DNA of 64,000 nucleotides, taken from assembly GCA_028534125.1 (NCBI GenBank), contig CM052816.1, forward strand, positions 57,042,001-57,106,000. Direction: 5' to 3'. The DNA is from Lama glama (Eukaryota). Positions 14,040-25,169 of the stretch are shown piece by piece (within the stretch, counting starts at the first letter, position 1; each line of letters opens with the position of its first letter). Made by a program: the position numbers and the translations under genes. The notes beneath the pieces are model-generated. The model had not been told where the DNA came from and ran no database searches. It saw only the letters and a program-made list of their open reading frames with translations.

Positions 14040-14584
14040 TCTATGACCCAGTGATTCCACTCCTAGGTGTACACCCAAGAGAACTGAAAATGTATCTTCA
14101 CATGAAAGCTGACGCACCAATGTTGACCACAGCACTGCTGATAATAGTCAAAAAGTGGAAACAATCCATATGTTCACCAGCTGATGAATGGATCAACAAA
14201 TGTGGTTATGTCCATAAGCTGGAATATTATTCCACATAAAAATGAGTACATGGTATAATGTGGATGGACTTTGGAATCATTATGCTGAGTGAAAGAAGCT
14301 GGACACGAAAGGCTATATAGTATGTGATTCCATTCAGTTGAAATACCCAGAACAGGCAAATCCATAGAGACAGAAAGTAGATTCGTGGTTGCAAGGGGCT
14401 GGGGGATGGGAGAATGGGGAGTGACTGCTAATGGATATGGGAGTTCTTTTTGTGGTGATCAAAATGTCCTGAAACCAGATAGTGCCGATACTTACTCCAC
14501 ATTGTGAATATGCTAAAATGCACTGGGGTAGACACTTTAAAATGGTGAATTTTATCTCCATAAAAAATGCAGTTTAAAAAAAAG
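14040..14584 (+). mobile_element. Old L1 (L1MB/ME-like) ORF2 C-terminus and 3'UTR
   Basis: ORF 13982-14239 encodes YDPVIPLLGVHPRELK...TALLIIVKKWKQSICSPADEWINK, an L1 ORF2 C-terminus; ends in an A-tail. Confidence 0.9.
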
Positions 14585-15809
14585 GAGTGATAAAGTCAAG
14601 TCACTGAGAGGCAGCAGCCTCCTTTCCTTCTTCCTTGCCTCCCTCAGCCAACTGGGAACCTTGTTCAGACGCTTGTGCACCCTAGATCTGCATTTGGGGC
14701 TCATCTATTGACTCCTCCGTCTTTTGTTCTATCTTCCAGCCACATCTCTGCACTTCCGTGACCATCTTTGGAGACTCAGATGGGTACTGTGTTGTGAATA
14801 TTCCTTTTTGTGCCTGCGGTGTGCCTTGGGTCTTTGGGTGGTGTTGGCCTAGATAGAGATCCCGCATCACCTCTCTGAACACGGCGCCTCTGAGCTGCTC
14901 CCTGTGGCAGCCAGATTCCTCAAATGTTGGAAAGCAGCAGGGAGGCTGGTTTAAGAGACTGGTAAACAGTGCTTGGCAAAATGCCAACTCAGGCAGGCTG
15001 GTGTTTTGGTTTTTGCTGCTGTCATTTTTGCTGTCATAAGACAAAGCCTTGGGGGTAAAGAGATGCCTCTATCACGGGATTCCTGAGGACTCCTCGGTTT
15101 ACTCTTCTACCTGTTTCCTCCTCACCAGGTGACAGCCCCTCCCTCAGGCCGCTTATGTGGAATCCACCCATCTGTGTAGTTAACAGTGTGAGGGTTTTTC
15201 AGGGTACAGACGTCCCTCATAGAAGAGGCAGCTCGGGCACGCCTGGCTGCAAGCCCCCCGCTCTCCCTGCCACCTCTCACACATGACTTCCTGCTCTGCT
15301 ATCTGAGGGGATCTTTCCTCCCAGGCACAGGTGCTTCAACCTAGGCATTCCCAGTCCTCACTTACCTTTCACCCACTTCCAATAAGCATCCAGGAGCGGT
15401 TTTTAGTCCCATACATGACTCTGAAGGGCAGACACAATGGGAAGCTTCTTACCATACTGGTTCTAAGAAGAAAAGGGAAATCACATCCCACCACAGGCTT
15501 TTAAGCAGGCATGCTGAGATGTGATGCAAGTGAGGTAGTACTGCCTCATCCGGACCAAAATAGTTTAGGCTGGTTAATAAAAACGAAGGTTCTGGGTTTA
15601 TTTTTTTAACTGACGAATAAAGCCCAGAATAGTCAAGTGGGTTGAAAAATGTTCAAGTGATTCACATCAGAACACTGGCCATTGTTAAGTTCCCAAGGGT
15701 GCCAGTGGACCAAGCCTGGTCATTTATCTGCATGCTGAGTAGCATACTCCGTAGCAGCATACTGAGCTATCTCCTGCAGGCTGAAGAGGTGTTTGCGGAG
15801 TCTTCCTCA

Positions 15810-16280
15810 GTTGTGTTCATGGGTTAGTCAGAATGCTGTGCTGTAAGCCATAGACAGAGATTCTGGATGACCCAAGTAGAAGGGAGTTCATTGGCGGCTA
15901 TCTGGTATTCACAGATTGACAGGGAGCCTGGAGAAGCAGGTGTGGGGAGGGCAGTGTCCAGGACTGCTCCAGAGTGAGGAAGTCTGTAGTATGGGAGTGA
16001 TGTCATAGCTCGAACAGCCTGGATAAGGCAATGCTGCCACTCTTGAGTCTGTCAAGATTCAGAGTCTTGAGAGGAAGCATCCAATTGGTCGAATCTTTAT
16101 TGCAGGCACATCAATGACTTTACTGAGAAGGAAAATGATCTAGTCCCTCAGCTTCTGTATGGGCCGTGGGTGTCATCCCATCAAAACTACACACGGGGGT
16201 AAGATGCAGTTCCCCCCAAAGATATCAGAGTGCTAATTAGGAAACAGGAGCAGATGCTCAGTGGACCAAAACCAACCATT
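15810..16280 (-). mobile_element. Old MaLR LTR (MLT1K/L/N-like)
   Basis: gagtctgtcaagattcagagtcttgagaggaagcatccaattggtcgaatc and cagttccccccaaagatatcagagtgcta resemble late MLT1 LTR consensus sequences. Confidence 0.55.
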
Positions 16281-16314
16281 GTTTCTTTCATTTGAAGTAC
16301 AGAAAATCCCTTGA

Positions 16315-16471
16315 GGGGGAGATTAATAGTTCATTGGTAGAGCATGTGCTTAGCATGCATGAGGTCCAGTATCTCCATTAAAAAATAATAAAATAAAATT
16401 ATGGGGGTGGGGTATAGCTCAGTGGTAGTGGTCCTGGGTTCAATCCTCAGGACCTCCATTAAAAAAAAGAA
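16315..16471 (+). mobile_element. Dimeric camelid tRNA-Ala-derived SINE (Vic-1-type) with TSD
   Basis: Two head-to-tail monomers (ggtagagcatgtgcttagcatgcatgaggtcc; gtatagctcagtggtag...ggtcctgggttcaatcc), each with an A-rich tail, bounded by a 14-bp TSD agaaaatc(c/g)cttga at 16301-16314 and 16472-16485. Confidence 0.85.
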
Positions 16472-16513
16472 AGAAAATCGCTTGAAATAAATGAAGATAG
16501 CTTCTCTCTGAAG

Positions 16514-18065
16514 GAGGGTGTCCAGTTATCTGTAGGGAAGTATGTACAATGAAAACTTAATTTTATGGGAATTCTGGCAAAGGTGATGTATGAGTATGAC
16601 ATAAAGAAACTGTGACTAGCTCTCCAGCTCAGCTGATTGTGCAGACTTGACTTTCAGTGGAGACAAAGAGAGTCAGCATTTATACCTAGACAGGTGGAAC
16701 ATTTTGCAGTGAATCTGAATCAGATTAGGGAAGGTAAGCTAAATAAACCTCCTTTGTGAGGGTTTTGAGTCATTTTTTCCTATCAAAAGATTTAGTAGGT
16801 GATTAGCACTTCAGGTACTAAGAGGTATGGCCCATGGAGACTCACAGCACAAGTAGAACCTCTATGCAGTTAATCAGTGTCCACAGTCTATATATACACA
16901 TGTATTTTGCATTCACATATATTATCAGCCAATAACGGCAGCATGGTACCCAAGGAGCAGCAGTCAACTCATGAGGGCCCTACTGGGTAATCCTGGGTAG
17001 AGTGTGTTAGGCAATGTTGTTAAGTGGGCTGTTTACTTTGTTGTGGCCTCTCCTGCCACTAACATTTCATTCTGGCAAAATTGTGTTAACCGTTGATGGC
17101 TGAAAAATGTCTACTGTGACAGTGCTGGACCTGTTCCTAGAAGCAAAGGCGAGGATCATGCTGGACCATATTGTAAGTTTTACAGCAACTCATGCCCCCT
17201 TAAGGATATGGTTGAGCAAACACTGGGAAAAGTTCAGCAGGCAATTAGGAACTGGCGGAAGTTCTTTGAGACTGTGGAAGAGATCACAAATGTCACAGCA
17301 GCCTTGGAAGATTGAGCAACAATTATATGAATGGGAGCTGGAAGAGCTGCATCCAGAGACATGCCGTGACTTCAGGGAGTTGGAGAAAATGAAAGTGTGC
17401 TCACAATCTTCTCAGTGTCCAGAGGGAGGGACCAGGCAATGCTCCCTCTCCCCGCAACACCTCCTCCTCACTCCAGGGAAGATGCCTTCCTTGAGGAGCT
17501 GCTCTTTTCCTACTGGTTTCTTGGAGGATTGACTCAGCTTTTCACTCTTGCAGAGCAAGTTGGCAATGAGGCTTTAGAAGAAGCTGAGTCTGTCTCTATA
17601 GTATTAGCATGGTTTTGTGGTTGCAGTCGGTATTCCATTAGGTTTCTTGGTGGATAAAACCACAGATAGCATTCTCCATGCCTCTTTGCATGTAATCTTA
17701 GTAATAACGTGCTTGGCCAATATTTTACTGATTATTGAGAATTATGAATAATAGTGGTGGTGTTTGCTGGAGAGCTTCTGGGGAAAGATAATTTGGAACA
17801 TATTTTGTCATGGCAATGAAACAATTGTCATATCAGGTTTTAAGAAACTCATCTAAAAGAATTAGGATTGCTTCTTTTTCAGGAAGACTTCTGAAATAAA
17901 GACCATGATGCAATGCTGAAGATTAAAATTTTGCTTAGGCAACTTAGAAATAAGTTTGTGAGAAGTACTATTAGTAACGAAGAACTAAAACATAAGATTA
18001 GTTGTTATGGTTATGTGGCCCCCACCTCTAGAAAATTTGGCTTCAGGGAATGAGCACTTGAATAG
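16514..18065 (+). pseudogene. Candidate decayed coding exons of an unidentified gene (possible unitary pseudogene or very old transposon ORF)
   Basis: Repeat-free block with splice-like boundaries (AAG|gtaagc at 16733/16734; tttttcag| at 17882/17883), long stop-poor reading frames and mostly TGA stops; no homolog recognised. Confidence 0.3.
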
Positions 18066-18504
18066 AGTCCAACTATGCAGGTTTTTCTCATATTCTTGGG
18101 CTTCTTAGGAATCATGCATTTTAATATGTTTATAAAACATTCTAAAAATACTTAAAGTCTGTGTCAATATGAACAGGATTGAAATGGCAATGACTAAATT
18201 ACTTGTTTCACGTATAATATAGCTTCTATTAAGAAATGGAGAAATGTGTAAGGAGTGTTTCAGTCCTAGACAACTCGATTTTTTAATTATAAATCTCTTG
18301 ATCCAGCCTAGGACGGATTCTCTGTAAAATCAAATATTAAAATAGAATCAATATTATGCCTATGACTTCATATATTTCTCTGGGGTAGATTCATAGGGAA
18401 AATACTTTCAAGTCTCTATTAATACTTGATTCTTACATTTCTCAAGCTTTACTATAAGGATGTCAAAACCACGGCATTTTAGCATAGTGGAAAGGATCAT
18501 TGAT

Positions 18505-19100
18505 TGTGGTAGGGACACCAGTTAGGAGGCTATTGCAATAATCTGGACATAGTAAGAAGTAGTTGGATTGTTAATAATTTTTGAAAGAAGGCTCACCAGG
18601 ATCTGCTGGTGGATTGCATATGAGTGTAGAAGGAGGGCTCAAACGTGACTGCAAGGTTTTTGCTCTGAACAGATATAAGAATGAAGTTGTCATTTACTGT
18701 CATAAGGAGAGGTACAAGAAGAGCAAATTTAGGGGAGCAATCAAGAGTTTGGTTTTGGATTACTAAATTTAAGATGCCACTAATACTTCCAAGAGAAAAT
18801 GCCAAGAAGTTAGCTGGAATAAGAGTCTGGTGTTCAGGAGGGAAGTCTGGGCTGGAGATAGAAACCTGCACGTCATCAATGCGTACATGGTACTTAAAGA
18901 CTTGAGAGTGAGAAAAGATGAGGACCAAGGATGGAGAGCCCTGAGACATGCCAAGATTTGGAGATCCGGCAGATGCACAGAAGCAGCAAAAGAAACTATG
19001 AAGCAGCCAGAGCGCGAGGAGGACCGAGGGAGAGTGATGTCCCAGGAGACAAGAGGAGAATGTTGTTCAAGAAGAAAAGAGTAATCACAAGCCCATGAAG
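18505..19100 (-). mobile_element. L2 (L2a-like) internal fragment spanning the RT YADD region
   Basis: Minus ORF 18593-18949 reads FKYHVRIDDVQVSISSPDFPPEHQT, a decayed form of the L2 ORF2 FKYHLYADD..IYISSPDLSPELQT segment. Confidence 0.9.
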
Positions 19101-19614
19101 GTCAAGTTCAGTGTAATCTCTCCTTTGGTCATTCTGCAGACTTTCCAGGGGCAGAAAATTTATCATATGAAAGAGAGATTTCTTCCTTACGAGTTTATAG
19201 GCTTGCCAACTATGATTTATGAAGACATGGAGCTTTGTCTTTCATCTGTAATCAAAATGAAAATATAATGCTTAGTGGCTTTCCAGTAATTTCTCAAAAA
19301 CTTGTGAGCATATCACCAGGCTGTCAAAAATAATCATATTGGATCCATAAAGAGACCTGTGTACCAGGATCTTCTGTGGTGTGCCTGCTGGTACCTGCTC
19401 AGTAGGACGCAGGAGGCCCAGCTCCAAGCCTGCTTCTAGGCAAAGCTCTTCCTGATCCACTCACCCCCGACCCCCCTGTCCTGTGAAGTTCTGCGGTGGT
19501 CCTCACACCACCCAGTGTCGTTCTCAGGCCTCTGGAAAGTAACCTGAGTTTTGCCTGAGCCTTACCTCTCTGCACAGATGGTTTCTCATGGTCCTTCAAG
19601 GAACCTATTATTTT

Positions 19615-19690
19615 GAGCCTCACACATTGCCTGGCATAAAGTAGGTATTTAATGAATATTTGTTGTGTGAAGATCAAATGAATGAATGAG
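19615..19690 (+). mobile_element. L2 3' terminus
   Basis: cacattgcctggcataaagtaggtatttaatgaatatttg...aatgaatgaatga. Confidence 0.75.
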
Positions 19691-19815
19691 GTTATTTATT
19701 TATTGAATGCCTTATTGTTGCAAACATTGTTCTAGGCATTGAGGAAATGGTTTATAATTAAAAGAAATAAAGACCTTTGCCTCATGGGTCTGCCTTTCCG
19801 GAGGAGGGAAAGCGA
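19691..19815 (-). mobile_element. L2 3' terminus, tail-to-tail with the preceding copy
   Basis: tatttattgaatgccttattg...cattgttctaggcattgagg...agacctttgcctcatgggtctgcctttc. Confidence 0.7.
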
Positions 19816-19889
19816 TGCGTGTTATTGCATGAGGCCACAGTTCCTCAGAGAGTGGCAAAAACTGAACTCCAAAGTGAAGCGCGTCTCAC

Positions 19890-20097
19890 TGACTGGTTAC
19901 TGAGGGTCTGTCACATGCCAGTTGTTCTAACCATGCCATCTAACTTCACCCACCAGTACACAGAGGTCGTGTTGACCCCTGTCCTACAGGTACACAAGCT
20001 GAGGCTCAGGTTGAGTCTTGCAAGATACTGGTGTTTGAGCACAGGTCTCTCTGACTTCAGGGCCAGTATTTCTAACCACTGCACTGCATTGCCTCTC
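19890..20097 (-). mobile_element. MIR SINE
   Basis: aagctgaggctcagg...tctctctgacttcagggccagtatttctaaccactgcactgcattgcctc, the reverse complement of the MIR head/core. Confidence 0.75.
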
Positions 20098-22038
20098 AGC
20101 CTCTGTTGAACACTAGTAGGTGCATTTCTGTTGGGAGAGTAGGGACACTGGTGAATTTGGAATCCTCAGTTCTCTCCCTCTATCTTGGGCACCAACTAAC
20201 ACAATAGCAGACACCTCTCTTGAAAGCTGCCTTCGACTCTTGAAGCCACTCGATAGCCTTAAACTAACTAGTTCTCAGGTTAATTTCCATTTAGCTACAG
20301 ATGCACAGCTAAAGGCAATATAAAAGCAAGATTCAAAATCCAGGAGCTATTTCAGTTTGGTAAAATGCCAGTGCTCATTACGTGAGTAAAGAAAAGAATG
20401 ACACAATTTTACGATCTACCCACATCATGTAGAAATCACAAGCACTGCCCTCATAATCCCAGTTCCAAGTCATGCCCTGAATCCTAGACAACACTCCTGG
20501 ATTATCGTTATTATTTGGTGGGGGAGGGTATAAGGGACATAAAACATTATATTAGTTTCAAGTGTACAACATAATGATTTGATATTTGTGCATATTATGA
20601 AAGGATCACCACAATAAGTCTGTTAACATTTATCACTATGCATAGTTACAGAATTTTTTTTCTTGTGATGAGAACTTTTAAGATTTACTCTCTTTAGCAA
20701 CTTGCAAATATGCAATACAGTATCATTAACTATAGTCACCAGGTAGTGTATTACATCTCCATGACTTACTCATTTTATAAGTAATTGCTCTGGTTAGATT
20801 TACAATACTATATTGAATAAGAGTGTGAAGAATGAGCATGCTTGTCTTTTTTCTGATCTTAGAGAGATAGCTTTTAGTTTTTCACTCTTGATTCTGATGT
20901 TAGCTGTGGGTTTGTCATAGATGGCCTTCATTATGTTAGGGTTTGTTCCTTCTATACACATTTTATTGAGAATTTTTTTCATAAATGGGTATTGAATTTT
21001 GTCAGATGCTTTTTCTCCATCTTTGAGATGATTGTATGATTTTTTATCCTTAATTTTGTTAATGTGGTATATATCACATTGATTGATTTGCGGATGGTGA
21101 ATCATTCCTGCCCCCCCGGAATAAATCGCACTTTGTTACAGTGTATGATATTTTTAATGTATTGTTGAATTAGGGTTGCTTATACTTTGTTGAGGATTTT
21201 TGCATCTATGTTCATCAGGAATATCAACCTGTAATTTTCTTTCTTTCTTTTCTTTTCTTTTCTTTTTCGTATCATTGTCCGTTTTTGGTATAAGGATAGT
21301 GCTGGCCTTGTAAAATGAGTTTGAACGTGTTCCTTCCTTTTTGGAAGAGTTAGAAGGACTGGTATTAATTCTTCTTTAAATGTTTGCTAGAATTCACGAG
21401 TGAAGCCATCTGGTCCTAGACTTCTGTTTATGAGGAGTTTTAAAATTACCAATTCAATGTCCTTACTAGCAGTCTGTTCAGATTTTTTATTTCTTCATGA
21501 TTCAGTCTTGGAAGGTTTATGTTTCTAGGAATTTATTCACTTCTTTTAGACTATCCAGTTTGTTTGTGTCTTCATTTCTGATTTTATTTGTTTGAGTGCT
21601 TTCTCATCTTCTCTTGGTTAGTCTAACTAAAGGATTGTCTATTTTGTTGATTTTTTTCAAACAAGCTCTTGGTTTCATTGATCTCATCTATCTTGTTCAT
21701 CTCTATTTTGTCTGTTATTTCTGCTCTTGGCTTTGTTATTTCCTTCCTTCTTCTAACTTTGGGCTTGCTTTGTTCTTTTTTAGATCCTTAGGTGCAAAGT
21801 TTAGTTATTTATTTGAGATTTCTCTTGTTTCTTGAGGAAGACATTTTATCACTATAAATTTTGGTATATTGTATTTCCATTTTCATTTGTCTCAAGATTT
21901 TTTTATTTCACTTGTGATTTATTCATTGGCCCATTAGTTGTTCAGTAGCATGTTGTTTAGTCTCCACACATTTGTGAATTTTCCAGTTTTTTTTCTTGTA
22001 ACTTATTTCTAGTTTCATTGTGGTCAGAAAAGATTTTT

Positions 22039-22616
22039 TTTAACATTTTTATTGATTTATAATAATTTTACAATGTTGTGTCAGATTCCAGTGTAGAGCA
22101 CAATTTTTCAGTTATACATGAACATATATATATTCATTGTCACATTTTTTTCTCTGTGAGCTACCATAAGATCTTGTATATATTTCCCTGTACTATACAG
22201 TATAATCTTGTTTACCTCTTCTACAATTTTGAAATCCCAGTCTGTCTCTTCCCACCCCCACCCCCTTTGCAACCACAAGTTTGTATTCTATGTCTATGAG
22301 TGTTTCTGTTTTGTATTTATGTTTTGTTTGTTTGCTTGTTTGTTTATTTTAGATTCCACATATGAGTGATCTCATATGGTATTTTTCTTTCTCTTTCTGG
22401 CTTACTTCACTTAGAATGACATTCTTCGGGAGCATCCATGTTGCTGCAAATGGTGTTATGTTGTCGGTTTTTGTGGCTGAATAGTATTCCATTGTATAAA
22501 TATACCACATCTTCTTTATCCAGTCATCTGTTGATGGACATTTAGGCTGTTTCCATGTCTTGGCTATTGTAAATAGTGCTGCTATGACCATTGGGGTGCA
22601 GGTGTCATTCTGGAGT
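22039..22616 (-). mobile_element. Younger 5'-truncated L1 nested in ORF2 of the older L1
   Basis: Perfect 13-bp TSD agaaaagattttt at 22026-22038 and 22617-22629; uninterrupted ORF2 C-terminal peptide AALFTIAKTWKQPKCPSTDDWIKKMWYIYTMEYYSA...ILSEVSQKEKEKYHMRSLICGI. Confidence 0.92.
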
Positions 22617-24481
22617 AGAAAAGATTTTTGATGTGATTTCAGTTTTAAATTTGTTAAGACTTGTTTTGTGACCTCACATAGATCAGTCCTAGAGAGTGTT
22701 CCATGTGCACTTGAGAAGCATGTATATTCTGTTGCTTTTGGTTGAAATGTTTTATATATATTTGTTAAGTCCATCTGATATAATGCATAATTGAAAGCCA
22801 GTGTTTCTTTATTGATTTTTCTGTCTGGATGATCTATCCATTGATGTAAGTGGGGTATTAAAGTCCCCTACTATTATCATGTTGCTGTCTATTTTTTTTA
22901 GATCTGTTAGTATTTACTTTGTATGTTTAGGTGCTCCTACATTGTGTGCATAAATGTTTACAAATGTTATATCTTCTTGTTGGATTGACTCCTTTATTAG
23001 TATGTAATATCCTTCTTTGTAGTCTTTGTTTTAAAGTCCGCTTTGTCTGTTATAAGTATAGTTACCCCAGCTTTCTTTTGCTTTCCATTTGCTTGAAATA
23101 TCTTTTTCCATCCCTTCACTTTCAGCCTGTGTAAGTCTCTACATCTGAAGTGAGTCTCTTGTAGGCAGCATATAGATGGATCTTGTTTTTTCATCCAGCC
23201 AGTACCCTATGTCTTTTGATTGAAGAATTTAATCTATTTACATTTAAAGTAATTATTTATGGGTATGTACTTATTGCCATTTTGTTACTTGTTTTTTGGC
23301 TGTTTTGTAGTTCCTCTATTTCTTTCTTCTTCTCTTGCTCTCTTCCTTTGTGATTTGATGACTTTAATATTATGCTTAGATTCCTTTCTAATTGTTTTTT
23401 TGTGTATCTACTACAGGTTTTTGCTTGGTGATTACCATGAGGCTTACATATACCAACTTAACAACTGTCTCTTTTAAGTTTATAACAGCTTAAGTTTGAA
23501 CACATTCTAAAGCTCAACATTTTTACTCTCTTCCCACCACATTTTATGTTTCTGATGTGACATTTTACATCTTTTTATTTTGTGTATTCGTTAACTGATT
23601 GTTTATAGTTACAGTTATTTTTGTACTTTTCTCTTTTAACCTTCATACTAGTGATTTGTAAGTGACTAATTCATTACTTTTACTATACATTTATCATTTC
23701 CAATGAGATTTATACTTTAACATGTTTTCTTGTTACTAATTAGTATTCTTTGTTTTCAGCTTAAAGAAGTCTGGTTAACATTAACATTTCTTGTAAGGCC
23801 AGTTTAGTGGTGATGAACTCCTTTACCTTTTGTTTGTCTGGAGGACTCTTTATTCCTTCTTCAGTTCTAAGTGGTAACTTTGCCAGGTGGAGAATTCTTG
23901 GTTGGAAATTTTTTCTTTCAGCACTTTGAATATATTGTGCTACTCTCTTCTGGCCTTCAGAATTTCTGCTGAAAAATCTGCTGATGGTCTTATGGGGATT
24001 CCTTTGTATGTCACAAATCATTTTTCTCTCGTTACTTTTAAGATTCTCTCCTTGTTGTTAACTTTTGACATATTAATTAAAATGTCTCTTGGTGTGGGTC
24101 TCTTTGAGTTCATCTTATTTATAATTCTCTGGGATTCCTGAATCAGGGTGTCTGTTTCTTTCTCCAGGTTAGGAAAGTCTTCAACCATTATTTCTTAAAA
24201 TAAATTTTCTGCCCTTTTTTCTTTCTCTTCTCCTTCTTGAGACTCCTGTAATGCAAATGCTAGTCTGCTTGATGTTGTCCTATACGTCCCTAAAGCTGTT
24301 TTCATTTCTTAAAATTCTTTTTTCTTTTTGCTGCTCTGATTGGATGACTTCCCCTGTCATGTCTTTGAGTTCACTGATCCTTTCCTCTGCTTCATTAAGT
24401 CTGCTAGTGAACCCTTGTAGTGTATTTTCCCACTCACTTACTGTATTTTTCAGTACTATGATTTCTGTTTGGAACTTTCTT

Positions 24482-24644
24482 TTTGAATTTATTTTAATTA
24501 ATTAATTAATTAATTAATTTTTTGATGGGGAGGTAATTACGTTTATTTATTTATTTATTATTTTTAACAGAGGCACTGTGGATTGAACCCAGAACCTCAT
24601 GAATGCTAAGCATGCACTCTACCACTGAGCTACACCCTCCCCCC
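24482..24644 (-). mobile_element. Full-length camelid Vic-1-type SINE nested in L1 ORF1
   Basis: Reverse complement reads ggggagggtgtagctcagtggtagagtgcatgcttagcattcatgaggttctgggttcaatcc (Pol III A and B boxes) followed by (aaat)n and taattacctcccc; perfect 12-bp TSD tggaactttctt at 24470-24481 and 24645-24656. Confidence 0.92.
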
Positions 24645-25169
24645 TGGAACTTTCTTATATTTTCTCCCTGTGTTGAAGTTCTCACTGTGTTCATCCATTC
24701 TTTTCCCTAGTGAGGTGAGCATCTTTATGACCATTACTTTGAACTCTATATCAGGTAAATTACTTATTTTCAACTCATTACGGTTTTTTTTTCCTGAGGT
24801 TTTATCTTATTCTTTTGTTTGGAACATATTTCTCTGTTTCTTCATTTTGCTTGACTCTTTATGTTTGTTTCTTTGTATTAGATGAAACAGTTAATCTTAA
24901 AGAACAATCCGGAAGGAGGGGCCTTGTGTAGGAGATGAACTTTATTGTTCAACCTTGCCCTAACTCTTGGTTGTTTCTCAAACCTTTGTGATTGTTTCAA
25001 ACAGCCTATTTTGTTTTTTAATAGCTCCCATTTGTTGAGGGTGTGCCAAGACCAGTCAGTGTCCCAAAAGGGAGGATCTCAGTTAGCACCTAGATTGAAG
25101 TTGATTGGAAGCCAGACCCTCAAGCAACAGCTTTTAAAGAATGCAAATATATACAGTCTTGTGGGACTG

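Noticed and set aside
14682..15044. 120-aa minus-strand ORF with somewhat protein-like composition (GAVFREVMRDLYLG...GWKIEQKTEE)
   Set aside because: It has a non-ATG start, no recognised parent gene, and no polyA tail or TSD; it cannot be called a processed pseudogene without a BLASTX hit.
22349..22774. 141-aa ORF joining L1 endonuclease and C-terminal peptides as a possible chimeric gene
   Set aside because: A chance in-frame fusion made by the nested L1 insertion; there is no promoter or splice evidence.
24560..24644. tRNA-Ala-like sequence (also 16315-16460)
   Set aside because: It is flanked by TSDs, followed by an (AAAT)n tail and diverged, so it is a SINE rather than a tRNA gene.
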